In this document: positions 14,344 through 25,574 of the stretch, one piece after another | How the letters are laid out: every line of letters starts with the position of its first letter | How positions within the stretch are numbered: position 1 is the first letter of the stretch | DNA from: Octopus vulgaris | Lineage: Eukaryota | NCBI GenBank assembly: GCA_951406725.2 | Contig: OX597820.1 | Span: 51,212,001 to 51,276,000, forward strand | DNA length: 64,000 nt | Direction: 5' to 3' | Position numbers and translations under genes: made by a program | The notes under the pieces: model-generated | Told to the model about the DNA's origin: nothing | Databases searched by the model: none | What the model saw: only the letters and a program-made list of their open reading frames with translations

Positions 14344-15909
14344 ATGGAGAAAATACTGATCAATTCATCAATGAAGGATGTACCTATCCCTACCAAAGAC
14401 CATTACACTAAAGAACTAATTTATAGAATGAATGAATTCATCCATAGGATCAGATGGAGGATTTTCCACCATGAGAACTATAATAATAAAATAAACCAAC
14501 AACACACTGGAGAAACGATCCGTAATGGAATTGGAAGCACCTATGAAGAAATATTAAAACTAACAAGCACTACATTTAAATCTAGAAAGTCTCCTCCACC
14601 AAATATACATCTAGACAATTTTGAACAAGAACTATGGGAGACTGTAAAAAACATAAAATTTAGAAATCATCCTTTAAGATATAACCCGCACCAAAGAGAA
14701 TTGAAAGACTTAATTAGAACTCTCAAAGGTAAGAGCGGCATTCTAACACATTCTGACAAAACTAACAACATCTACAACATTGACATTACTGCATATCATG
14801 ATCTTCTACACAAGGAAATAACCAAGAAATACAAAGTAGTACCTTCTAGTACACTTAGAAAGCTGAACCTGGAGATCAGAGAAATCATATTTGACTACTA
14901 CCTAGAAGAAAAAACGGAACCCTACACCCCATCCAGACCGAGAATTACACTAAAGGATCATAAAGAGAATTTTCTTGGAAACACACAGGTCAGATTAATT
15001 TGCCCCACTAAATCTGACTTAGGCAGACTAAGTAAACTCATTCTAGATAAATATCTACCCACCATCCGCAATAAAATCAAACTAAACCTTTGGAAGAATA
15101 CTCAGGGTGCTTTGGATTGGTTTTCTGCCATTAAGGTCTGTGACAGTAACAACTTTAGCTATAATAGAAATAAATTTATACAATTCGATATACAGAATTA
15201 TTACACTTCAATTAACCCTATTATATTAAATAAGTCCTTAATTTTTGCTAGAAAACACACTAAATTAAGTATGGGGGAGATTAAGGTTATACTAACAGCC
15301 AGGAAAACTTTAATAGAGTTTGATAATAAACTTTGGGCTAGAAAGGACACACCCAACTTGTTCGATATCACAATGGGATCGCCGGACTCAGCGGAGGTGA
15401 CTGATCTAGTTGGGATGTATCTATTAGATAACTTTAGTAGGGAATTCCCTGAATTAAAAGGCGGATTATACAGGGATGACGCCTTATTTTGTGTTAGGAA
15501 TACATCAAATAGGAGATTAGATCTTCTGAAAAAAAGAATAAACAAATTTTTTAAAAGCTTCGGCCTATCCATTATCATTGAAAGTGAAAATTATTCTGCT
15601 AATTATTTAGATGTTAATTGTAACATTACTAATGGTTTACATGAACCCTATATTAAACCTAATTCTAACCTAATATACATTAACCGTTCTAGTAATCACC
15701 CCCCTCAAATTAAAAATGCACTAGTGCGTAGCATTAGTCAAAGAATTTCTAGTTTATCCTCAAACGAGGAAATTTTTAACAAACACTGTGATAGATACAA
15801 TGCAGCATTACTTAAGGCAGGATATAAAAGTAAGATTTGGTTTATACCTAAGGGGAACCCCCTAATGGAGGTAGAACTATCAAGAACAACACAAATAGAT
15901 TTAGGATAA
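14344..15909 (+). CDS. PLE reverse transcriptase (N-terminal part of the polyprotein)
   Basis: 528-aa ORF in the track with the first ATG at 14344. Motifs SDKTNN, LKDHKENF..RLICP, FDIQNYYTSI, MGSPDSAEVTDLVG, GLYRDD, NYLDV and YI..SNHP. Confidence 0.9.
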   Translation: MEKILINSSMKDVPIPTKDHYTKELIYRMNEFIHRIRWRIFHHENYNNKINQQHTGETIRNGIGSTYEEILKLTSTTFKSRKSPPPNIHLDNFEQELWETVKNIKFRNHPLRYNPHQRELKDLIRTLKGKSGILTHSDKTNNIYNIDITAYHDLLHKEITKKYKVVPSSTLRKLNLEIREIIFDYYLEEKTEPYTPSRPRITLKDHKENFLGNTQVRLICPTKSDLGRLSKLILDKYLPTIRNKIKLNLWKNTQGALDWFSAIKVCDSNNFSYNRNKFIQFDIQNYYTSINPIILNKSLIFARKHTKLSMGEIKVILTARKTLIEFDNKLWARKDTPNLFDITMGSPDSAEVTDLVGMYLLDNFSREFPELKGGLYRDDALFCVRNTSNRRLDLLKKRINKFFKSFGLSIIIESENYSANYLDVNCNITNGLHEPYIKPNSNLIYINRSSNHPPQIKNALVRSISQRISSLSSNEEIFNKHCDRYNAALLKAGYKSKIWFIPKGNPLMEVELSRTTQIDLG

Positions 15910-17185
15910 TCAACAATATACATAAGAATAGTAAAAACAGAATATATGATAACACCTATAATAAATGTAGAAGTGACGTTAACCTTGGAAAGGTGAACGG
16001 TAGCTCAAATAGATCTAAACATACGAGTAGTAGTAGTAATATTAATAATAATATACGAATTAAAACTTATGGTAGACATGATAATGGTAAAGTTTACTTG
16101 CGCAATAACCATGGTAATATTGATATAGATAGATATAACAATGACAGTGGTAAGAATAGTAATCCTATGAGTTGGTCTACGAATAGGATTTTTACAAATA
16201 ACATTAATTCTATAGGCAATCCTAATTCTGATAAGGATACTCTTTGGTTGATTATCCCGTATGCAATGCAGATTAAAACAAACATAGTGAGAGCTTTGCA
16301 TAATATTATTTTTAGGCATTTTGGTAAGGATAGGAATAAATTTAGTCCTTTAATTAACAACGGTACTGTTAGAGTGGGATATAGCATTACTCATAATCTA
16401 GCCACCATCATCTCCTCTTTTAATAACAAGAAACTGGATCACTTCTATAAGGATAGAAAATTGAATTTAGACCAGGAAAACTTGCCCCTCTTCATTAATA
16501 ATAGGAATAGAAATTTTCTTGGAACAAATGGGAGCAACCTCCTTACTAATAATGAGTGCACCATACCTGTCAGAGATAATATAAATGTAATAGATCATAC
16601 CACTACTACCAATACTAGTACTAGTGATAGGAATATAGCCGATAATGTGGAATTAACTCATTCGTTGATTTTGGGTTTGGATGATGATAACAATTGTAAC
16701 ACTTATAATGTGAATAGTAGTATAGGGGTGGTGTCCAATCTTAGATTTCCTCATTCTGTTAATCTTTGTAATTGCAGAAATAAAAATAAATGTGTATTTG
16801 GTAATCAATGCCTCAGGAAGGAGGTAGTTTACCAATGCACTGTAGATACACAATTGAGTAGTAGAGTGTATATCGGGGCAACTATGAATAGCATAAAACA
16901 AAGATGGAATTATCATAGATATACTTTTAGGAATAAAAATAGAATGTACTCTACAGGGCTAAGTGCATATATTTGGGAACTTAAAAGTAAGAACTTAGAT
17001 TTTAGATTAAACTGGAAAATACTAACTTCAGCACCTGTGTATAATGGAAAAAATAAAAATGCTCTCTATGTATTAATGAAATTTTCTTCATTATTAAAGC
17101 GGGTCGGCAAATTATTAACAACATTAATGAGAAAAACTTCTTTTGTATTCATAGGCTACCGTTCACCTTTTCTAGATTCAAATAG
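15852..17185 (+). CDS. PLE linker + GIY-YIG endonuclease (C-terminal part; track ORF 15993-17192)
   Basis: The frame is open from 15852. It holds the linker WLIIPY..IKTNI..HF..VGYS..N, then CNCR..C...CL, VVYQ..VYIGAT..KQRW..H and LSAYIW. After a 1-nt shift at ~17058 it continues CSLCINE..CIH to TAG at 17183-17185. Confidence 0.87.
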
Positions 17186-17358
17186 AACTTAGCACTTCCA
17201 CTATTATCAATTTTTTAATTCCCTTCTTTAACTAAATATACCTGTGGTCTTCTATAATTCTAAAGTATACAATTTATAAATTTCATAATTTTATAATTTT
17301 TATAGCTACATTTGTATAATAACTAATTGGATGTGTCTAGTATTATTGGTTTCTTGGT

Positions 17359-18916
17359 TTTTGTATGTGGGTTTTTGTTTGTTTTTTTTTTAAGAGAAAT
17401 GCAATATGACATAAAATAACATATTCATTTTGGTATTTGCCTTGTAATGTGTGATTTTTGAAGTTTTCCAATATTGCATAGTATATTGCAAAGTATATAT
17501 GTATATCTTGGTTAGATACCTAGCTCTGGATAATGTAATGATATTGTATAATATGTAATATATGAGAGCCTTTTGTGAGTTTGGTGGGTTTAGGTTGAGA
17601 TTATGGGTTTTTTGTATGTGCTGATTTGGAAGGTTTTTATTATATATTTGGTCTTTTTGTACTCACCTTAATTTGTATCTTATGCTATTCACTGATAAAC
17701 CTTTTTCATTTTTTTCATTTTCTCATTTACATGCATTTTGCTTTATAATTGTTACCAGCCTCATATATTTAGTTTATATCTATAGTCCTCTGGATCTGTA
17801 CTTTAAACTATCCTTCCATACATATTTACTTTCAACAATATAAAATATATATATTCACTTTATTTATTTTTATTTATTTCCCATTTTATTGTAATATTAT
17901 CAATATTTGCATCTAGTCTTCTATTTATTTATTTATTTGCCTATTTAAGTGTGGATGTTTACATACATATCAAGTCATTTAATTTGTTACCTATTTATTC
18001 TTTACTTATTTACTTATACTGGTGTAGTTTTATACATACATATCTATCATTTATTTTTATTTAATTTTAATAATATATGAATACATATATACTAGTTTGT
18101 ACTTATAATTATGTGTATAACCGTATTTATTCCTTCGTATTTATTCCTTTTTATTTATTTTATCTCTTTTCATATTAAGTCTTTATAATATAAAATTTAT
18201 TTAAAATTTCTGTGATGTTCTCATAAGCGTTTACATTAATACTTCCCCCTCTATTTTTTATTGCCTAAACTGGTATATTTTGGCACTATATTTATTAAGT
18301 TAATAAGTGACTTATTTATAATATCTAAATTAATATATTTTATATTTTATATTTTATAATTTAGCGTACTTTAAATCATAACAAACTTACGATAAACCTA
18401 ACAACCGTATGTTTACTCTGCAACAAACCGGTGTTATAAATTTTAAGTTACCCATGAAATAATTATCTGAATTAGTAACATACTGATATTTAAAAATACA
18501 TTTATATCTTAATTAAATATTTTATAGAATGCATGGATGGTTCTTTTTTTGTTATTGAGGCTCAGTTATAATTTTGAAGGACTTAGTGTTAGCATGGTTG
18601 CTTCCCTATTTGTTTATCTAAGTGTTAGTTGTTGCTTATGATTATGTATATGTACAAGTGTATGTATATACATATAACTATGTGTGTATGTGCGATTGAT
18701 CTGTAGATGCGTGTGTGAATATTGGCGTTCCCTGACTAACCAACCGTATAATTTTCTTTTGTGATTTAAATTTCAAACCAATAGCCAATCGAATTAATCT
18801 AAATTTTCTTTACCTAGTGGTCAGCATTTCTTAACTCATAGTTATTTCGATCTTGGAAGGATGGACTTGGTGATAACTTAACTGTATCTATTTTTATTAT
18901 TTTTTATTATTATTAC

Positions 18917-18953
<37 letters not shown>

Positions 18954-19832
18954 AGTAATTTTTATTAACTTTTATAGCTTTAGAATTTTATGAACTGTAC
19001 CACGGATTTAATTATTATTATTTTTCATCTCCATATGTGTTAGCCCTTTTTTTTTATAAAAAAACTATTAGCTAAATATGTATGATATCGGTACTTATTA
19101 ATATTATATATACACTGTTATATATTTTGTTTTATTTTGTTCTGGTTACCTTCCTTTTTGTACAAATGTGTATTATATTATACAAGTGTAGCATTATGAT
19201 GTATAAGTTTTTATATTTTACTTTTTTATATTTTTATATTTATATGTATATGATTATATAATATTTTTCACTATTATAACAAATTTAATTTAATTCTCTG
19301 AAGAGGCCGTGGGGCATCTTTGTTAATGCCTCATTTATACCTGCCTTTATGGCTTATAGGTTAAATGAGGTATGACTGTCCTCACTGCCGAAACAGCTGT
19401 CAGTTTTGATTTATTTGCATATTGTATTTGTAATTTTTTACTTATATCTCTTTATCTTTTTACTTTTACTATTACTGTATATCTCATTTCATTTTATATA
19501 TTGCCTTTACTCCTATGTAATGGTGTATTAAAGTATGGATTGAGTATCATCGGATAGTTGATGTTTTATTGATTTAAGTATGTTTCTCCATTCTCTAATT
19601 TTGTAGTATTAATTTACGGTAATATTATTACCTATTAATACAATAGATGAACTGATTGCTTGACAATTTCTAACATCTATGTATTAATTTTGTTGGGTAC
19701 CTATACCCATTTAATACAATAGATGAACTGATTGCTTGACAATTTCTAACATCTATGTATTAATTTTGTTGGGTACCTATCTAGCAGTATATTGGATATA
19801 TATTATCCCATGGTGGGTTGAATTTTCAACCC
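17359..19832 (+). repeat. 3' pseudo-LTR / long AT-rich 3' UTR
   Basis: Direct repeat of 11777-14190. It has an extra ~70 bp tandem duplication near its end. Confidence 0.9.
19292..19406 (+). ncRNA. Type I hammerhead ribozyme with extended stem II (pLTR copy)
   Basis: CTGAAGA at 19298, GAAA at 19390 and GTC at 19399-19401. Same sequence as the 13716 copy. Confidence 0.75.
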
Positions 19833-19984
19833 CTATATATATTATATATATATATACATATAAATATATATATATATATGTATTAAATATATTATATTTT
19901 CTGAATCTTCAGATTTTAATATGCTAGACCACTGGTTTTAAATTGATATTACTCACTTTTTTCACCCTTATTATTTTAAATTTA

Positions 19985-20047
<63 letters not shown>

Positions 20048-20803
20048 TTACACACACACACATACCCACACACACATATAAATGTGTACTTTCAGGTACT
20101 TTCTGTTTACAACATTCATACAAATTATTTAAAAACAGCGTATCATTTTGTTTAGAATTACTTTAACTCTAACCAAATCTAGAACAATTCTTAAGAGTCA
20201 AATATTATTTAGCATAATTAATTATTTTCTAAGTTTGTTTTACATATTTCATGTATATTTTGTATATTTGAAACACACTGAGATAGGTTTCTACACGTTT
20301 ATAATAAGATTTGATATTCGAGGAAAAATAAGTTTGGAGCGTTTAGGAATTTGTATGAATTCATTATTTTATAAATTTTAGAATTGATTATAATTTTACA
20401 GACATATATTTATTATAAATATTTCTGTTTTTTTTTAAATAGCATACATATTTTTGTTTTGTTTGTGGTTAGTAGCGTTCTTATATATCTCATGTCTGTA
20501 CTCAAGTGAATTATTTCACCTAGTTTTATGTATGTATGCGAGGTGATATATTTTGGGGTTGGTGATTGAACGAATATAATCCAAGATGGAAGCGTATGAG
20601 TGCTTCTTTTAACGCATTTACGTTTGTATGCGTCTAAGCACCGGTATCATGCCTATTAATATATCTGTTTGTCTATCTATCTAGCTAACTATTTGTCTGT
20701 CTGTATGCCAAATCTGTCTATTTATATATATCTATCTACCTATCAGGTACATATATATATATATATATATATTTATGTATGTATATTTATCTATCTACCT
20801 ATC

Positions 20804-20862
<59 letters not shown>

Positions 20863-20866
<4 letters not shown>

Positions 20867-21420
20867 CATGGCGGATGTAATATAGACACCCCATGAAACA
20901 ACGTTTTATGAATATTTGAACTTGAAAAGGTTCATGCATTTTATTACTTGGTATTTTTATGTTTCAGTTTCTATATGTGATTGTTCAATCTTGCCATGCA
21001 CAAAACAGGCCGCGGAACTGTCCGAATTTCAAATAGGCCGTATTGTGATTCAATCTGAAATCAGTGTAAAATCACAGAAAACCTTGGGCTCTCATTTTCT
21101 AAGTATAATAAATTGATAGTGCAATTCACCAGTGACATGAAGGAGTCAGCGTTCCCTGGTTTAGGTTGACTAGAGCACTCTGACATGACCTTTCACTCTG
21201 TTAAAAGAAGTGTAGAGAATAAACCGCATTGCAAGGACTCTGACATACCAAACGAAGTTGATGTCAGTCCAAGAACAGGTGCCAGGTATCTCCCATACCT
21301 TAGACCAATCAGAATCAAGTAGTGGAAAGTTTGTGGTAGCGAGATGGTAGAAGGGCCACTAGCATTTTGGGAGACTGCTATATTCTCTGATGAACCCAGA
21401 TTTGCTGTATTTTTCTGTAT
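20863..21420 (+). mobile_element. Tc1-like DNA transposon remnant (5' TIR + degraded transposase)
   Basis: TA|CAG..AATATAGACACCCC TIR-like start. ELSEFQIGRIV is HTH-like. WETAIFSDEPRF at 21368 resembles the Tc1 W..VIFSDESRF motif. Confidence 0.7.
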
Positions 21421-21600
21421 TTGCTGTATAATGTATACTCACATTATAATAATTAATAACTTGAATGTATAATTTTAGAATTCAATAAAATTGTTGAACG
21501 ATTATAAGAATGTCTATTTACATCTATGATTTCTGTACATACATACATATATATATATATATATGCGTGTGTATGTATATATATATATACATACATGTAT

Positions 21601-21674
<74 letters not shown>

Positions 21675-21676
<2 letters not shown>

Positions 21677-21879
21677 TTATTATATAGAAGGATCATCTAC
21701 AGGACTAGAACTGTTTCATTCAAGAGAAATCTTCAGGAAGCTCTGAGCTTCCTGAAGATTTCTCTTGAATGAAACAGTTCTAGTCCTGTAGAAGCTCCTT
21801 CTATATAATAAATTAATTTTACTCTGCTATGTATTGAGTACCTTATTTACTGTGGTTAACCCCGAATCAACCCGGGACC

Positions 21880-21880
<1 letters not shown>
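21675..21880. mobile_element. Short foldback element with two head-to-head hammerheads, inside (TA)n
   Basis: Inverted arms 21675-21742 and 21746-21812 with a 3-nt loop and about 2 mismatches. A ~70 bp tail follows, then (TA)n. Confidence 0.75.
21746..21796 (+). ncRNA. Type I hammerhead ribozyme
   Basis: AGCTTC-CTGAAGA-TTTCtcttGAAT-GAAA-CAGttctagtcCTG-TA-GAAGCT. Stem I is a perfect 6 bp, stem III is CAG/CTG and the triplet is GTA. Stem II lacks the usual G-C closing pair. Confidence 0.72.
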
Positions 21881-21956
<76 letters not shown>

Positions 21957-22142
21957 ATAACATCGTTAATTCAAAAATAAAATAACGATTTTATCAAGTG
22001 GTCAGCATGGAAAGAATATCCATCAAAGGTAATAATTATTAGAAGATACCACCATGTTGAAAATAGCCGCCATGATCTGACTCAAAAACCACTTTAATTG
22101 TCCATATATCAACGCGGAGAGAAAAAAAGAGACAAGATGAAA

Positions 22143-22347
22143 CTAGTAACAATTACTAGAAGTTAGAAGTCATTTTGCCCTTGACACTACATGGACCCTA
22201 ATTAAGGCATGTGTAAAATTTGAATGAAATCGGTTGTGTAGTTCTCAAGTTTTAGGGAAACACACAGACAGATATATATATATATATTTTATATATATAT
22301 ATAATATATTTATTTATGTGTGTGTGCAGACAGACACACATTCTCAG

Positions 22348-22350
<3 letters not shown>
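22143..22350 (-). mobile_element. Short fragment of the Helitron family's 5'-terminal region
   Basis: CTACATGGACCCTA..ATGTGTAAAATTTGAATGAAAT.GGTTG.GTAGTTCTCAAGTTTTAGGGAA..TCTCAGTT is shared with 23980-24083 and 62785-62880. Confidence 0.55.
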
Positions 22351-22395
<45 letters not shown>

Positions 22396-22457
22396 TATAT
22401 GTGTGTGTATATGTGTGTGTATGTATGTGTGCGTTTATATATATATATATATATATA

Positions 22458-22516
22458 CTAGCATTATGACCCGTCGTTGTCGCGTCATAGTGGTACCGCA
22501 TGTATATATGTGTGTG

Positions 22517-22549
<33 letters not shown>

Positions 22550-22565
22550 ACATATTACATGTACA

Positions 22566-22621
<56 letters not shown>

Positions 22622-24083
22622 TACTCATAAAATACAAAATAAAAGTTATATCTTGATATCGCTAGTAATAACAATACTCAAAATATATAAGTGACTGGAA
22701 TTGTAGGCCCGTCTCTTGCAATTTCGATCAATTGTATCTTGTCCTCCCCTCTTGTATAGAAGTTTGGCAACTTCTGGAGGAACATTTAAAATTTTTTTCG
22801 GGACGTCCTACGTCCCAGATATAAAGGTAAAAATAAAATATTTCCACTTTGCAAGGTTCGAGTCGAGTACTCCCTTGCACGCTCCGTTGTCTCGAACCTT
22901 GCTTCTATTGTTGCGAATTTACGGCCTCTGTTTAGGTATCATTCATAGTCGCACCAAGACACTTTTCAATGGTACTTTCCTCCAGGTGTTCAAATATTTT
23001 TTTTCTCTACATTTTATACTTTATAGACAATAATCTTTTCTTTAATTTAATTTTTTATTTCGTTTGGTGGTGTTATCCTAGATTCATTGTCTTTGTCGGT
23101 GATCAATCCGAAATAGGTTTGTATTTCTTCCATTTTAATTTCAATGAGTTCGCGCCCGCCGACGGCTGAAGTGAAATTCATTTTTGGACTGTCTTCTATC
23201 GAAGGTATTTTAACAAAAATGCTTCTGTATAAACGGTGAAAATATTGTCATTTTCCCCAAACAGGGACACAATTCAATTTTTAAACAATAACCAAAGCTC
23301 CTTCTCCCTTAGGGGGGGGTTACGGTATACAATTATTTGACAAATGCAACACAACAACGTTTCACTTACGAGGAACCAACAGACGTGAGAACAATACTTA
23401 AACAATAATAATACTACCAACAAACCTTACAGTGAATCAAAAAGCAGTGCGCAGTTGAAGCTATAGTCCTTTATGTATAAGAAATAAACCAACAGCAGTA
23501 CTCAATAAAAGCGGCTGTTCGAGAAAACAGACATTACATACAGCCAAACGTCATATGGATACTTAATGCTAGCTAATTAGCAGATAATCTAATGTAAAGA
23601 CATGGTAAAGGGTGTGTGCGCAGCTCCATCTGGACTATTCCATTTCTGTACACTAATTTTATTTTTAATTTATTCCCATTCATGTGAAACCACTTATTCA
23701 AGTTCGAGTCATTGATGCAATTTTATACCAATTGCTATTTTTACTTTTAATCGTTATGTTGCGATTTAATTTAGTTTGATTTTGATTATTACTTACTACA
23801 TATAATTCAATTGCTATTATTATCTCTAATTTTTATTGTTAAAGTGAAAGTACCTGACATAAAATAGAGAAATGTTTTTGTTTCACTTTTAACACGTAAT
23901 ACTGAAATAGGGGAGAAAATATGATATTGCTATGGGCTCGCCCTAGGCAAGTAGTTGAACATTTCGTTTGCCCATGGAACTACATGGACCCTACGTAAGA
24001 CATGTGTAAAATTTGAATGAAATTGGTTGCGTAGTTCTCAAGTTTTAGGGAATCACACAGACAGACAGACACACATTCTCAGT
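22458..24083 (-). mobile_element. Non-autonomous Helitron (rolling-circle transposon)
   Basis: The minus-strand 3' end has the hairpin TATGACGCG..CGGGTCATA followed by ATGCTAG|T. Both termini are shared with 62507-62894. The internal remnant LNVPPEVAKLL..RRAYNSS may be RepHel-derived. Confidence 0.7.
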
Positions 24084-24151
<68 letters not shown>

Positions 24152-24161
24152 TATACGGGTA

Positions 24162-24800
24162 CAGGACGATATCGACTGTAAACATGACTTACGAAAATAA
24201 GAGATGTAAATAGCAAAACAACTAGGGAGGGAAATTGAAGACAAGACAAGACAAAGAACGATACTTCATCAGTTGTCGGCTCTCTATATACTCCTCATTT
24301 CGAACGTTCAACAATATGAGTCTACGAAGACAGTTGCTCTCCTTCCTTGCTCACATGTGAACATCGTCCATCTTTCTTTTCCTCACGCGACCATCTTTAA
24401 TTTCCTACATGATGTTCTAAGCACTGGACTGTTCGATCGCTTCTTTTCTCTTTTCTCTTTTCAAAGACAATACTTCTTCCAGCGTTCATTAATTTTCCAC
24501 TCGTTCTGTTCTAATAGCCCTCCATGTTTGTTTTTGCTCGGTTTCCTTGTATGTCCCCAGTCTCCTGAATTTCTTTAATCCTCCCAAAAGTTTATTTTGG
24601 AAATTATGAGAGCACCTCTCTTTCAAGATTCATATTGTCATTGAATGCACGAAATGAAGAATAGAAAGATAGCCGACAATTGGTGAAGAGTCTTTCATGT
24701 TGTGTTACTTGTCTTGTTTTCAATTTATTTTCTCTCGGAGACTGCATATGTAACTCGTTCGTTTTCGTACTTCATGTTGCTTACAGTTGATGACGTCCTG
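24162..24800. mobile_element. Foldback/MITE-like element with ~165 bp imperfect terminal inverted repeats
   Basis: CAGGACG..ACTGTAAACATGA..CGAAAA and CTTCATCAGTTGTCGGCT..CATTTCG..CAATATGAGTCT are mirrored by AGATTCATATTG..CGAAATG..AGCCGACAATTGGTGAAG and TTTTCG..TCATG..TTACAGT..CGTCCTG. Confidence 0.65.
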
Positions 24801-25114
24801 AAAGGAAAAGAAACATATATACATACATACACATTTTTATACTAAAAGCGGGATAGAGGAGGGACAGGGTGGAAGTGAGACAGGCACAGAGAGAGAAAGA
24901 GGTGACTGACAGGAAAGTGGAGTTCATTTTGTGCTTTTAAATGTTTATCAGTATTTTCATAGTAGACTGATACATGAATCGCAAGAAAGGTAGATACATC
25001 TATCGAAAGAAAAGTTGATACACATATTCATAAACACACTCTTAAATCAAAGACAAATGACTACAGCAAAAATTGGTTGTCGCTTTCACTTTCTATTACC
25101 AGACACGGATAAAA

Positions 25115-25270
25115 TTAACTCGCAAGTGGTCGAGTACTCCACACACAAGCATATCTTTAACATAGTTCTCAGGTAGATTCAACCTCACACAGAATATGAA
25201 AAATGCTGGTCCCTTTGAATTACAGTTACAACTCATTTTGGTCAGCTAAGTGGACTGAAGCAAGATAAAC
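25115..25270 (-). mobile_element. SINE fragment
   Basis: Diverged copy of 25650-25800 (GTGGT.GAGTACTCCAC...CACAGAAT...GTGGACTG). Confidence 0.55.
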
Positions 25271-25574
25271 ATTCAAGTTGTAGGAAGAAATCGGAAAATC
25301 CTTACGTAGAAGCAGGGTTTTTTCGTCGTTAGAGTTACTATGAGTACTAATCCGGTCCTAACAGCGGCATTTGTGTGTCTCACAGATCTAGAGGCCAAGC
25401 CCCCACATAAGCATAGATACGCAGGATGTTGTTACGAAACTGATCTGAGCCGAGGGCGAAGTCACTACACGGCAGAATAGCAATTATTTCGTCTTAGCTT
25501 TCACAGTTTATACTGAACACGTCATTTTTGCCTTACGATATGGAACGTTTCCTTTTCTTTCACTTTCTTTTTTA

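Larger units (their letters stand above)
4432..19832. mobile_element. Composite Penelope-like retroelement insertion: two divergent copies forming a ~15 kb palindrome, inserted in (TA)n
   Basis: 4432-11779 is the reverse complement of ~12263-19607. Both outer ends run into (TA)n. Each arm has an RT+GIY-YIG coding region and pseudo-LTRs. Confidence 0.93.
11777..19832 (+). mobile_element. PLE copy 2 (plus strand): pLTR-ORF-pLTR
   Basis: 11777-14190 is a direct repeat of 17359-19832 and brackets the RT/EN coding region. The 3' end abuts (TA)n. Confidence 0.93.

Noticed and set aside
15201-16916. Antisense ORFs (125, 104, 97 and 87 aa) over the PLE ORF
   Set aside because: They are shadow ORFs of the coding strand with no recognisable motifs.
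17047-17062. A AAA AAT slippery heptamer as a programmed -1 frameshift
   Set aside because: A slip there leads directly into TAA, so it cannot restore the C-terminus.
14344-17185. Naiad/Chlamys-type or selenoprotein-encoding PLE
   Set aside because: The endonuclease is C-terminal rather than N-terminal, and the breaks are frameshifts, not in-frame TGA codons.
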